Below are positions 1 to 9,179 of a DNA stretch of 64,000 nucleotides, in pieces (positions within the stretch are counted from its first letter, which is position 1; each line of letters opens with the position of its first letter). The notes beneath the pieces were generated by a model. That model had not been told where the DNA came from and made no database searches. It saw nothing but the letters and a program-made list of their open reading frames with translations. The translations under genes were made by a program, and so were the position numbers. The DNA lies in assembly GCA_963819885.1 (NCBI GenBank), contig CAWFXV010000003.1, forward strand, positions 4,372 to 68,371. The letters are read 5' to 3'. Origin of the DNA: an uncultured Actinomycetota bacterium. GTDB taxonomy: Bacteria; Actinomycetota; Actinomycetes; Jiangellales; Jiangellaceae.

Positions 1-3000
1 AGGCCGGAGCGCTCCCCAGTAGCGAGAGCTGGGTGCCACTCGTGATGCGGCCCGGGGCCTCATCCGATGCGGGAGTTGGTTCGCGAGGCACTCCGCGGTG
101 CCGACAGGGACCGGGACCAAGTAGCGGAACTGCTCGAGCGGGTGGTGTTCGACGAGCCCGAGGAGTCGCGCGTGGTCCTCGTGGTGGACCAGTTCGAAGA
201 GGTATGGACGGCGTGCACGGACACCGCTGAGCGCGAGTCATTCCTCGACGCTCTCGCCGAGGTGGTCGACTCGACATCCCGGTGCACTGTCGTCCTCAGC
301 GTGCGCGCCGACCACGTTGCCGGCCTCGCCGACCAGCCGGTGCTTGCGCAGGCGCTCGCCGACGCCACCGTGCTGATCGGGGCTCCGACCGCCGCCGAGG
401 TCCGTCGGGCAGTCGAGCATCCCGCCGGACTGGCTGGACTCGTGCTCGATGTCGGGCTGGCCGACGCACTCGTAGACGACGCGGGAGACGAACCTGGTTC
501 GCTGCCGCTGCTGTCGACGGCACTCACCGAGCTGTGGGATCACCGGGACGGCCGACGGCTCACGCTCGAGGCGTACGCGGAAAGCGGCGGGCTGCGCGGG
601 GCGGTGGCCCGCATCGCCGAGCGGGCGTACGGCGAACTGGACGAAGGGACCGCACGGCGGCCCGGGTGCTGCTGCTTCGGCTGGCCGGGCCGGGAGAAGG
701 CGACGCCGTGACCCGCCGGCGGGTGCCGCTCGCCGAGCTGGCCGCGCTTGCCGGACCCGCGGGTGCGCGCAGTGGTCGAGCCGCTCGCGGCCGCCCGGCT
801 GCTGACCTTCGACGCCGGTTATGTCGAGGTCGCTCACGAGGCGCTGTTCCGGGAGTGGCCACGCCTGCGGGTATGGTTGGAGGAGCATGCCGCCGCGCGG
901 GCGGTGCAGCGTCGGCTGGTCCAGGCGGCCGCCGAGTGGGATGACGGCGGCCGCGAGCCGACCGAGCTGTGGCGCGGCGGCCGGCTGGCGGCTGGGGTCG
1001 AGTTCGCGGCCGCCTACCCGGACGAGGTGACGACCGTCGAACGGGCATTCCTCGACGCGGGCCAGGCCCAAGCTCGACGCGGAACGCCGGGAGGCCGAGG
1101 AGCGAGCGGCTGCGGCGACCAAGCAGAACCGGCGGCTGCGCTGGCTGCTCGGCGGATTCGGCGTGTTCCTCGCCCTTGCTCTGGTCGCCGGTGGCCTCGC
1201 CGTAAGGGCGCAGTCGCGGGCCGAGCAAGAGTCGTCGCGGGCCGAGCAGGAGGCCCGAACGGCGACGGCTCGGGAATTGGCCGCATCCGCGGTGGTGAAC
1301 CTGAAGCCGATCCGGAGCTCGCGGTCCTACTGGCCAAACGCGCGGTCGAGCACACCCGGGAGGTCGACGGGAGCGTGCTTCCCGAGGCGGAGGAGGCGCT
1401 GCACCGGGCAGTCGTGTCGTCCCGGGTCGTGGCTGCGTACCCGGACCTCGGCGGCACGCTCGACTGGAGCTCGGACGGCTCCATGTTCGTCACCGAGGGA
1501 CCCGAAGGCACCGGCTTGGTCGACGTACGAGATCCCGATTCTGGCCGTTCGTTGCGCTCCTGGACAGGCCACGACGACGACTTGAACGACGTCTACTTCG
1601 GCCCCGACGGCACGCTCGCGACTACTGGCGACGACGGTGTCGCCGTGGCCTGGGATCCGAGGACTGGTGCGGAGGTCGGCCGGATCGAGGGAGCCGCCCG
1701 GGCGGTGTGGGGGCCGTCGCTCAGTGAGGACGGCTCGCTGTTGAGCGCCGCCTGGCAGGAGGGTGGCGCGCGGGTGATCGACCTGCGAACCGGGCGGCTC
1801 GTCCGTGAGATCGGGCCTGGACGCAGTGCGGCCGTCGACGGCGCTGAGTCCGGACGGGACGCGAATCGCTGTCGGGTGGGACGGACCGTCGGTCATGGTC
1901 GTGGACCTGCAACTCGGTCGCGAGCTGTACCAGTTCGGCGGCTTCGACTGGCGGATCGGTCGGCTCGCCTGGAGCCCCGACGGCCGCTGGATCGCGGCAG
2001 TCGGGGACGATTGATCCGCGGGTGTGGGACGCCAAGACCGGAGCACTGCGGGCCGTGCTGCGCGGGCACACGGTCGTTCACCCTGTTCGGATCGACTGGA
2101 GTGCGGACTCGGCCATGATCGCGACCGGAAGTTGGACGGAACGGCCAGGATCTGGGAGTTCACCGAGGAGGGCGTGCAGGAGGTGCTGTCGCTGTCGGCG
2201 GCGGGGACGCACGAGGGCGTGGTCGGGGTCGCGTTCTCGCCGGACGGTCGGCGTCTCATGGTCGGTAACGAGGCGATAAGTGCCGTCACGATCTTCGATA
2301 TCGACCTGACGGGAAACGCCGAATGGGCAAACGTCCCGGCGCCGTCAGCGTTCACCGGCGTTGACTTCTTCCCGGACGGGCAGCGATTCGTCGCGCAGGC
2401 GGAGCGGAAAGGCGAGTGTCGGCGGCCATCTGGGATTCGGATACCGGCCGTTTCCTCGGCAGCACAGGAACCCACGGCCCGTCCGGCGACCCCGACGGCT
2501 GGCACCCATGCCTACCACGTCGACGTCAGCCCGGACGGTGGGCTGATCGCGACTGCCAGCGACGCGTCCGTGAAGATCTGGGATGCAGCGACCATGCGGA
2601 GATCTATTGGGTACTGTCGACAGCGCGATCGGTGAAGCCGACATCGACTGGAGCCCAGATGGTTCGTTGCTCGCGGTCTCCGGATCGGAAGCGACGGGGA
2701 TCACCACGATCTTTGACCGGTCGGGCCGCGCCGTCGGGCGAGGTCAGCGAAGAGGACGATTTCTATTCGGTGTCCACGGCCTTCAGCCCTGATGGCGCCT
2801 GGCTGGCCACGGGCCGAGACGGTGGCCCGGCGCCCTCGAGGCGGATGTACGGGGTGACCATCTGGGACTGGCGCACCGGTGAAGTGGTGTCGAGCGTCGG
2901 TGGAAGCCTGGCGGACGGCCTGGCCTTCGCCCCCGATGGCTCCGTACTTGCGACAGCCGACTACGGCCCGGCCCGCATCTGGGATGCCGCGGACCGGCCA

Positions 3001-3342
3001 GCTACTGGCTACCCTGACTGGCCACACCGGCGGTGTTAGGGACGTCGGCATTCAGCCCCGATGGCGCCACAGTTGCGACGGCGGGCCAGGACGGAACCGT
3101 TCGTCTCTGGGACGCCGAGTCCGGCGATGCAGCGCCTCGTCCTCCGCGGGCACATCGGTGTCGCTCATGCCGTGCAGTTCAGCCCCGATGGGACGAAGTT
3201 GGCGTCGACTGGCACGGATGGCGTCGTTAGCGTGTGGGCGCTCGACCTCGACGACCTGCTGCGCATCGCCGGTGAGAACGTGACCGAGACCTCACATCCG
3301 GCCGAGTGCCGGCAATACCTGCACGTCGATAACTGCTCCTGA
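1..3342 (+). pseudogene. STAND-type NTPase / WD40-repeat protein, 5'-partial, disrupted by many frameshifts and stops
   Basis: ORF fragments in all three + frames (67..711, 282..944, 748..2118, 1163..1585, 1805..2014, 2022..2279, 2024..2635, 2416..3039, 2583..2792, 2879..3283, 3033..3230, 3061..3342) join into one protein. It comprises an NTPase-associated region (VVLVVDQFEE, LPLLSTALTELW), a TM/coiled-coil linker (FLALALVAGGLAVRAQSRAEQE) and at least 8 WD40 blades (SPDG..., GHT..V..V.FSPDG, VR(I/L)WD). At least 10 frame changes are needed. The gene ends at the stop at 3340-3342. Confidence 0.8.
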
Positions 3343-3481
3343 CCGCATCACCGGCCGCGAGACCGGCCGATGACTGGGCCGTGACCGGCGCGACTCCTCC
3401 ATGACTGCGGCGTTGGCGTGGCGAGCCGAACCTCGAGGTGACGGCTCCGGATAGGCCGGGGCCTCGGACCTGGAGGTCACC

Positions 3482-3730
3482 ATGAACCGCATCCAGCGCA
3501 TCGCCGCGGCGGCTGCCATCAGTGCCGCCGTGATCGCACCCGCCACCTTGGTCGCCGCACTGGCTGTTAGCCCAGCCGCGGCGCGACCCGACCCAGGAGG
3601 CCCTATTCCCGTCCGGTTCTCCATCTACGAGCAGAACTGCCCGCTCAGGCGCATCGACAGCCAAGTGGTCCGGTGCGACCACCTCACCGGTGCCGGCGTC
3701 CAAGCACCGATCGGGGTACCCGAGTACTGA
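3482..3730 (+). CDS. small secreted protein (signal peptide), hypothetical
   Basis: 82 aa. N-terminal signal peptide MNRIQRIAAAAAISAAVIAPATLVAALAVSPAAA. GGAGG-like RBS at 3471-3476. Paralog of the 4158 gene (same signal peptide and ARPDPG motif). Confidence 0.6.
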   Translation: MNRIQRIAAAAAISAAVIAPATLVAALAVSPAAARPDPGGPIPVRFSIYEQNCPLRRIDSQVVRCDHLTGAGVQAPIGVPEY

Positions 3731-3882
3731 CCGGGCCGCCGTGGTGGGCCATTATGGGCGCGAGCTTCCGTTCGCCGGCAGCAGGGCCAGGCCGCATTGC
3801 CGTCTCGCTGAGCGGCCTGGCGTCGACGGCAGGCGTAACATCGAGCGATTTCCCGGCTGCAACCAAAGCGGATTTAGGTGCG

Positions 3883-3990
3883 GGATGGAACGGGTGGTCA
3901 AACTGGGCGCCGTCCACCCGTGCCTTGTGTGAGTTGCCGCGGGTCGGAATGCCATGGCCTTCCTGATCACCGAGGCCATGTGCATCAGGC
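3883..3990 (-). pseudogene. C-terminal remnant of a flavodoxin-like FMN reductase (paralog of 4602..5327)
   Basis: Translates to ...GIPTRGNSHKARVDGAQFDHPFHP, versus ...GGIPAYGNSRKAWDDGARFDHPFLSDGT at the C-terminus of the intact neighbour. The DNA aligns by eye to 4616..4725. No upstream coding part remains. Confidence 0.7.
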
Positions 3991-4157
3991 GTCGAGATCA
4001 AGCCACACTTTGGTGGTTCCACCCTCACCGGCCGCACCGAGCCGGCGGTGATCCTCTGAGCAGATGCGCATCTGACGAGCCGCGACGTATCTGTGCGCGG
4101 TGACCGGCTCTGTATGCGAAGGTTCGGAGTGTCCAGGCCCACGGAGTGGGGGGCCCC

Positions 4158-4545
4158 ATGAACCGAATCCAGCGCATCACCGCAGCGGCCGCTATCGGCG
4201 CCGCGGTGTTCGCGCCGGCACCGCGGCTTCGCGTTCGCCAGGCCGGACCCAGGACAGGCGCCGCAAACGTCGAGCATCTCGAAGGCGCAAATCGAGCACG
4301 AAGAGCGGCTCCAGGCGCCGCAAACGTCGAGCATCTCGAAGGCGCAAATCGAGCACGACGAGCGGCTCCAGATGCTCGACCAGCGGTCGGACGCTGTCGA
4401 TGGTCAGTCCGCTAGCTCGACCGGAGCCGACACCGCGGGCTTCCCGTGGGAGACCGTCGGGCTGGCTGCTCTCGCCGGTGCGGCAATTGCTGCGGGTGGC
4501 GTGGCAGTTGTTCGCCGTCTCAACAACGAACCAAGTCGCGCCTGA
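4158..4545 (+). pseudogene. secreted, C-terminally membrane-anchored repeat protein; frameshift just after the signal peptide
   Basis: The signal peptide MNRIQRITAAAAIGAAVFAPA is in frame 0. From about 4220 the high-GC3 frame is +1: AFAFARPDPGQAPQTSSISKAQIEHEERLQ(x2)...GFPWETVGLAALAGAAIAAGGVAVVRRLNNEPSRA*. The ARPDPG motif realigns with the 3482 paralog only after the shift. Confidence 0.65.
4257..4370. repeat. 57-bp tandem duplication (2 units, 56/57 identical)
   Basis: Units 4257..4313 and 4314..4370 differ at one base (gaagag vs gacgag). 57 bp equals 19 codons, in frame with the +1 reading frame (APQTSSISKAQIEH(E/D)ERLQ). Confidence 0.95.
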
Positions 4546-4601
4546 TCGTCGACGATCCGCGGAGCAGACGTGGAGCGATAGCTCCAGGTCTGCTCCGTTG
4601 G

Positions 4602-5327
4602 TCATGTCCCGTCGGATAAGAACGGGTGGTCGAACCGGGCGCCGTCGTCCCACGCCTTTCGCGAGTTGCCGTAGGCCGGGATACCGCCGGCTCTTTTGAG
4701 CATCGAGGCGAGGTGCATGAGGTTCCAGGTCATGAACACGGTGTTGCGCTGGGTGAACTCGTTCTCCGTGCCGCCGGAGCCTTCGTCCAAGTACGACGGC
4801 CCTGGGCCGGCCTCGCCGATCCACCCGGCGTCGGCTTGGGGCGGGATGACGCAGCCGAGATGCTGCAGCGAGTAGAGGACGTTCATGGCGACGTGTTTGA
4901 TGCCGTCCTCGTTGCCGGTGACGATGACACCGCCGACCTTGCCGTAGTACGCATACTGGCCGGCGTCGTTCAGCTCGCCGGAGTTGGAGTAGAGCCGCTC
5001 GATCACCCGAGTGCACATGCTGGACTTGTCACCCAGCCAGATCGGCGTCCCGATCACCAGGATGTCGGCGGCCTTGACGGTCTGGTAGATCTCCGGCCAG
5101 TCGTCGGTATCGAAACCGTGCTCCTTCATGTCGGGTTGGACGCCGGGAACGAGGTCGTGGTCGACGGCCCGGATCTCGTCGACGTGCACGCCGTGCTTGC
5201 GCATGATCGACGTGCTGACGCTCATCAGGCCGGCGGTGTTGGACACCTCCGGAGACCGCTTGAGCGTGCAGTTGATGTAGAGGGCGCGCAGGTGGGAGAA
5301 GTCATGGGTCCGTTCGGTCACGGGCAC
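4602..5327 (-). CDS. flavodoxin-like NAD(P)H-dependent FMN reductase family protein
   Basis: 241 aa intact ORF. Contains LYINCTLKRSP...ADILVIGTPIWLGD...GGVIVTGNEDG, typical of the FMN_red/flavodoxin_2 fold. Confidence 0.85.
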   Translation of the reverse strand: MPVTERTHDFSHLRALYINCTLKRSPEVSNTAGLMSVSTSIMRKHGVHVDEIRAVDHDLVPGVQPDMKEHGFDTDDWPEIYQTVKAADILVIGTPIWLGDKSSMCTRVIERLYSNSGELNDAGQYAYYGKVGGVIVTGNEDGIKHVAMNVLYSLQHLGCVIPPQADAGWIGEAGPGPSYLDEGSGGTENEFTQRNTVFMTWNLMHLASMLKRAGGIPAYGNSRKAWDDGARFDHPFLSDGT

Positions 5328-5486
5328 AGCATGCCGTGTCCCGTCACGTGAGGTCCTTACGTATGTGGAACGTCATGATCGGCTAACCGACAGGAGCAAC
5401 GGCCAGGGCGGAGACGGCGACGTGCGGAAATGCGCAGGGTTGGCGTTGGTGTTCCTGTCGGTAGGCCGATCTTGAAACTCGGCGCG

Positions 5487-6191
5487 CTAGGCGGCGTTCC
5501 GCCAGAGGTCGACGTGGCCGAGCAAGTCGGCGAGCCGGTCGATGACGGCGTCCGGCTCGACGTCGACGGGCACCTGCTGGCTGATCGGGATCTCCGAGTG
5601 CGGGACCAAAACGGCGCGCATGCCCAGGGCGCGCGCCCCGGAGATGTCGTCGAAGGGTCGATCACCCACGAAGACACATCGGGCGGGGTCGGTAACGCCG
5701 ACAGCGGCCATGGCCCGCCGGAATGCCTCTGGGTGCGGCTTGGTGTGGGCGATTTCAGAGGTGTAGACGGCGCCGTCGAGAAGGTGCAGCACACCGTCGC
5801 GGTCGAAGACGTCCTCGTGCCACTCGCGGGGCCAGATGGTGTTGGACAACACGCCGATTCGGACATTGCGACGGCGAAGCTGCGCGAACAGCTCAGGCAC
5901 CTCGGGGTCGGTGTACGTGTGCGGCTCCCAGAAGTCGCGCAGCGCCCGGATCGCGGCGTCGTCGTGCCGGACGCCGGCGGTGACGAGCAGGTCGTCCAAC
6001 GTCGCCGACTGCTGGTGCACGCGAGCGGCCGCCCAGATCTCGTCGCCCGCCGAGATCAATGCGGCGGCGACCCGATCGACGTCGTCCGGTGCGACCACCC
6101 GCGCATAGACGCGCCACTCTTCAGCCAGATCCAGCGTGTGCCATGGGGTCAACGTGCCGCCCCAGTCGAAGATCACCGCATCGACGCTCAC
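5487..6191 (-). CDS. HAD-superfamily hydrolase
   Basis: HAD motifs are present: I DAVIFDWGGTL, II VLSNT, III/IV KPHPEAF...VGDRPFDDISGA. The start is set at GTG 6191, because the ORF-track start at 6335 would overlap the upstream CBS gene by 74 nt. Confidence 0.8.
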   Translation of the reverse strand: MSVDAVIFDWGGTLTPWHTLDLAEEWRVYARVVAPDDVDRVAAALISAGDEIWAAARVHQQSATLDDLLVTAGVRHDDAAIRALRDFWEPHTYTDPEVPELFAQLRRRNVRIGVLSNTIWPREWHEDVFDRDGVLHLLDGAVYTSEIAHTKPHPEAFRRAMAAVGVTDPARCVFVGDRPFDDISGARALGMRAVLVPHSEIPISQQVPVDVEPDAVIDRLADLLGHVDLWRNAA

Positions 6192-6261
6192 CGGCTGAGG
6201 ATAGGCGGCGGGCCAGTTCGAACCGCTGAACCGAGTTAGAACTCCCGCATCACAGATAGCG

Positions 6262-6687
6262 CTACGACCCGTCCGGCTCCGAGATCGCCTCGACGACCTC
6301 GCCGACCCGGCTGGACTCCAGATGACGCGCAACATCAGCCTGGCTGACGATGCCGACGAGGTCGTGGCCGTCGATCACCGGCAGCCGCCGCACCTGGTGT
6401 TCCTTCATGGTGTTCAGCGCTTCCTCGACCGAATCGTCGGCTCCGATCGTCACCGGCTTGCCTCGGGCTAGCTCGCCTGCGCGCACGGTTTGGGGGTCAC
6501 CGTCGTCGGCGATGCACCGCACGACGATGTCGCGGTCGGTCACCATGCCCTTGAGCCGGTTGTCCTCGCCGCAGACGGGCAGGGCGCCGACATCGAGTTC
6601 ACGCATCTTGCGGGCAGCGTCCGCGAGAGTCTCGTTCTCTCCTACGCACACAGCGCCAGCTGTCATGATCTCCCGAATCGTTGGCAT
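6262..6687 (-). CDS. CBS-domain pair protein (Hrp1-like)
   Basis: 141 aa with two CBS repeats (IMTAGAVCVGENETL..., GMVTDRDIV; LPVIDGHDLVGIVSQADV). RBS GGAGG lies upstream. Confidence 0.85.
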   Translation of the reverse strand: MPTIREIMTAGAVCVGENETLADAARKMRELDVGALPVCGEDNRLKGMVTDRDIVVRCIADDGDPQTVRAGELARGKPVTIGADDSVEEALNTMKEHQVRRLPVIDGHDLVGIVSQADVARHLESSRVGEVVEAISEPDGS

Positions 6688-6799
6688 GGCGAGCCTCCAA
6701 GGTGTGGACGGTTGCTCTTTCCGTCTACCCAGTTCGCGCGGATGAACTCACCAATGGGCGTGATCTTGGGTTTCCGCTCGGCTGGAGCACGCTGAAGCG

Positions 6800-6931
6800 A
6801 TGTCCGACCTCCCGACGGCGGCCGAACTGCCGACGATCGACGCTGAGGCGTTCACCGCGTTCGAAGCGGCGGGGTGGGACCGGAAGGCTGCGAATGATGG
6901 CCGGTTGTTTGGTCAGTTCACCGCGAGGTGA
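6800..6931 (+). pseudogene. possible N-terminal fragment of a SAM-dependent methyltransferase
   Basis: The 43-codon ORF MSDLPTAAELPTIDAEAFTAFEAAGWDRKAANDGRLFGQFTAR* resembles the pre-Rossmann N-terminus of class I methyltransferases. No methyltransferase fold follows in any frame. Confidence 0.3.
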
Positions 6932-7015
6932 CGTGCTCGAGTTGCCAGCCTCGGCCAAGCTGGCCCACGGTACGAAGCCGCACGTTGAACGCCCCGCCGA
7001 GCCAGGAGCGCAGGC

Positions 7016-7420
7016 ATGAGCGTTTTCACCGAAGCCGAGATCGAGTATCTGAACTCGCAGCGGCTCGGCCGGATGGCAACGGTGGGCGCGGACGGTCAGC
7101 CGCACATCATCCCGGTGACGTTCGTCTACAACGCGGCCGAGGATGCAGTCGATATCGGCGGTCTTCGGTTCGGCGCGGGCAAGAAATGGCGGGACGCCCA
7201 GCAGAATCCACGGGTAACGTTCCTTGTCGACGACTCAACAGGCCGGTCGGCCCGGGCGCTCGAGGTGCGGGCGATTGTCGAACTGCACGACAGTGGCGGC
7301 GAGACGATCAATCCCAGGTTTCCCAAATTCGCGCCGCAGTTCTTCCGCCTTCGTCCGCACCGTGTCGTCTCCTGGGGCCTGGAGGGCTCCGGATACCAGG
7401 TGAACGCGCGCTCGGTCTGA
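7016..7420 (+). CDS. PPOX-class (pyridoxamine 5'-phosphate oxidase-like) F420/FMN-dependent protein
   Basis: 134 aa. Contains EIEYLNSQRLGRMATVGADGQPHIIPVTFVYN...NPRVTFLVDD, typical of the PPOX split-barrel family. Confidence 0.8.
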   Translation: MSVFTEAEIEYLNSQRLGRMATVGADGQPHIIPVTFVYNAAEDAVDIGGLRFGAGKKWRDAQQNPRVTFLVDDSTGRSARALEVRAIVELHDSGGETINPRFPKFAPQFFRLRPHRVVSWGLEGSGYQVNARSV

Positions 7421-7605
7421 GGTCGCAACGCCGCCATCACCAGCCATCGGCGACACAACGGCAGCAAAGGAACCAACACCCATGAAGCGATTCATACCGA
7501 CCGGTGCACCGGTGCCGGTAAGGCGCTCAGCAGATACCTGGGTCTGCCGACCTCGTCATTGCTCGCCGCGGAAATCGAACGCATCGCACGTCAGGAGCTA
7601 TTCGG

Positions 7606-7983
7606 GTGCGCGGTATTCATCGTGCGGAGCCGAGCGCCGATGAACGCGCCGGACCGGTCGCTCTAGGTAGAGAGTCGTTTGAGCGGCAGGCTTGGCGGCT
7701 GGCCTACGACCAGCTGTCGGCGGCCGACGCCGTCCAGTTGGAGCCCGAGGACCTCGAGCGGCTCGCAATAACTGCCCATCTGCTCGGTCGGGAGGCCGAA
7801 AGGGCCGATCTCTTGAGTCGGGCCTACCGCGCCTACCGTGACCGCGGTGCTCTCGGACGGGCAGCCCGCTGTGCCTTCTAGCTGGCTTTCGCGTTGCTGC
7901 TCGGAGGGGAAACAGCCCGTGGCAGTGGCTGGCTGGCGCGCGCCGACAAACTGTTGGCGAAGCAGGGCGACTGTGTTGAACGC
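7606..7983 (+). pseudogene. N-terminal fragment of a LuxR-family regulator with an in-frame amber stop
   Basis: GRESFERQAWRLAYDQLSAADAVQLEPEDLERLAITAHLLGRE...[36 protein letters not shown] at 7879-7881 sits where the family has Trp (TGG). Homology stops at ...DCVER (about 7983), and no HTH domain follows. Confidence 0.6.
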
Positions 7984-7987
7984 GTCG

Positions 7988-8252
7988 AACGTGATCTGGA
8001 GTACCGGCTACGAGCCGAACTTCGGGTGGATCGACCTGCCTGTCTTCGACGACGCCGGTTGGCCGAGGCACGACCGGGGAGTTGTGGAAGCCGAACCAGG
8101 CCCTGTACTTCGTCGGTCTACCGTTCCTGTTCGCGCTGACGTCGTCTCTCGTGGGCGGCGTAGGACGAGACGCCGAGTACATCGCAACGCACATCGCCTT
8201 CCACGCATCAGGCGGCGCGACCGAACCTGATGCAGTCACCCGGGCGGGGTGA
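7988..8252 (+). pseudogene. C-terminal fragment of a flavin-dependent monooxygenase / NAD(P)-binding oxidoreductase (CzcO-like), frameshifted
   Basis: [38 protein letters not shown], then a frame change near 8098-8104 into [32 protein letters not shown]...*. It directly abuts the LuxR fragment. Confidence 0.6.
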
Positions 8253-8314
8253 TGTCTCACCTCGCGTTTGGCGGAATCGTCCAGTGAGTGGGAATCACCG
8301 GGACGAACCTCAGG

Positions 8315-9106
8315 ATGCGCGCCGAACGGGGCCTGGTCGCATTCTGCGTGGCACTGTGCCTTGCAGCATGCGGAGAGGAGGGCACGACAACGTCGGCCGA
8401 GACTGATACCGCGCAGCCACTTGATCTCGCCGGACGGACATTCGAGTCGGCCCAGGTCAATGGGATCACACTCGCTGACGGGACCGTCGTCACCCTCAGC
8501 TTCGAAGACGACGGGATCAGTGCCTCAGCCGGTTGCAACACCATGAGCGGTGCCGCGACCTGGGACGACGGAACTCTGGAGGTGGCGGGCGAGCTGGCGA
8601 CGACCATGATGGCCTGTCCGGACGGCCTGCAGGAGCAGGACGATTGGCTCGCCGGATTGCTGACATCCTCGCCGGCGATCGCGCTCGACGGCGACACGCT
8701 CACCGTCGGCGACGACAACACCGGCATGGTCCTCGAGGAACGCGCGAACCTGCCGTTGGAGAGCACGGTGTGGCAGCTCGAGGAGTTCATGTCGACGAGC
8801 GCGGTCAGCGCGGTGGCTGAGGGGATCGCGAGCCTGACCATCGACGCCGAAGGCACCCAGGTGCAGGTCGCTGCTGGCTGCAACACCGGCTTCGGCTCGG
8901 TCACGGTCGAGCCGGCCGACGATGCTTCCACCGGAATGATCGTCTTCGGTCCGCTGGCAACGACGAGGAAGGCCTGCCCTGAGGACATCATGACCGTCGA
9001 GGCCCAGGTACTGACCGTTCTCGACGGGCCGGTCGAATACGCCATCGATGGATCGGCGCTCACCCTGACGAAAGGCGACGATGGATTGCTCTTCCGCGGC
9101 AGCTGA
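8315..9106 (+). CDS. lipoprotein with two META (HslJ-like) domains
   Basis: Lipobox VALCLAAC-G. Two repeats of the META pattern (SAGCNTMSG...W; AAGCNTGFG...). The start is taken at ATG 8315, which gives a normal lipoprotein signal. Confidence 0.8.
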   Translation: MRAERGLVAFCVALCLAACGEEGTTTSAETDTAQPLDLAGRTFESAQVNGITLADGTVVTLSFEDDGISASAGCNTMSGAATWDDGTLEVAGELATTMMACPDGLQEQDDWLAGLLTSSPAIALDGDTLTVGDDNTGMVLEERANLPLESTVWQLEEFMSTSAVSAVAEGIASLTIDAEGTQVQVAAGCNTGFGSVTVEPADDASTGMIVFGPLATTRKACPEDIMTVEAQVLTVLDGPVEYAIDGSALTLTKGDDGLLFRGS

Positions 9107-9179
9107 CGCCGGCTGCGGCTGATCACGGTCGAAGGAAAACCGGTCGCGCGCGGCACCGCCTTCGCGCTTTCCTTGATGT

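Noticed and set aside
2593-2608. Exact 16-nt repeat CATGCGGAGATCTATT (contains a BglII site) at 2593..2608 and 29144..29159.
   Set aside because: About one such chance match is expected among all 16-mer pairs in 64 kb. The flanks do not align, and the two loci are unrelated genes (the shared HAEIY codons are a coincidence).
4061-4074. Perfect 14-nt palindrome CAGATGCGCATCTG.
   Set aside because: Several 7+7 palindromes are expected by chance in 64 kb, and nothing in the context supports a function.
5387-5461. 9-bp inverted repeat CCGACAGGA / TCCTGTCGG with a 57-nt loop, downstream of the HAD gene.
   Set aside because: About two dozen 9-bp inverted repeats within 100 nt are expected by chance. 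The loop is long and there is no U-tract.
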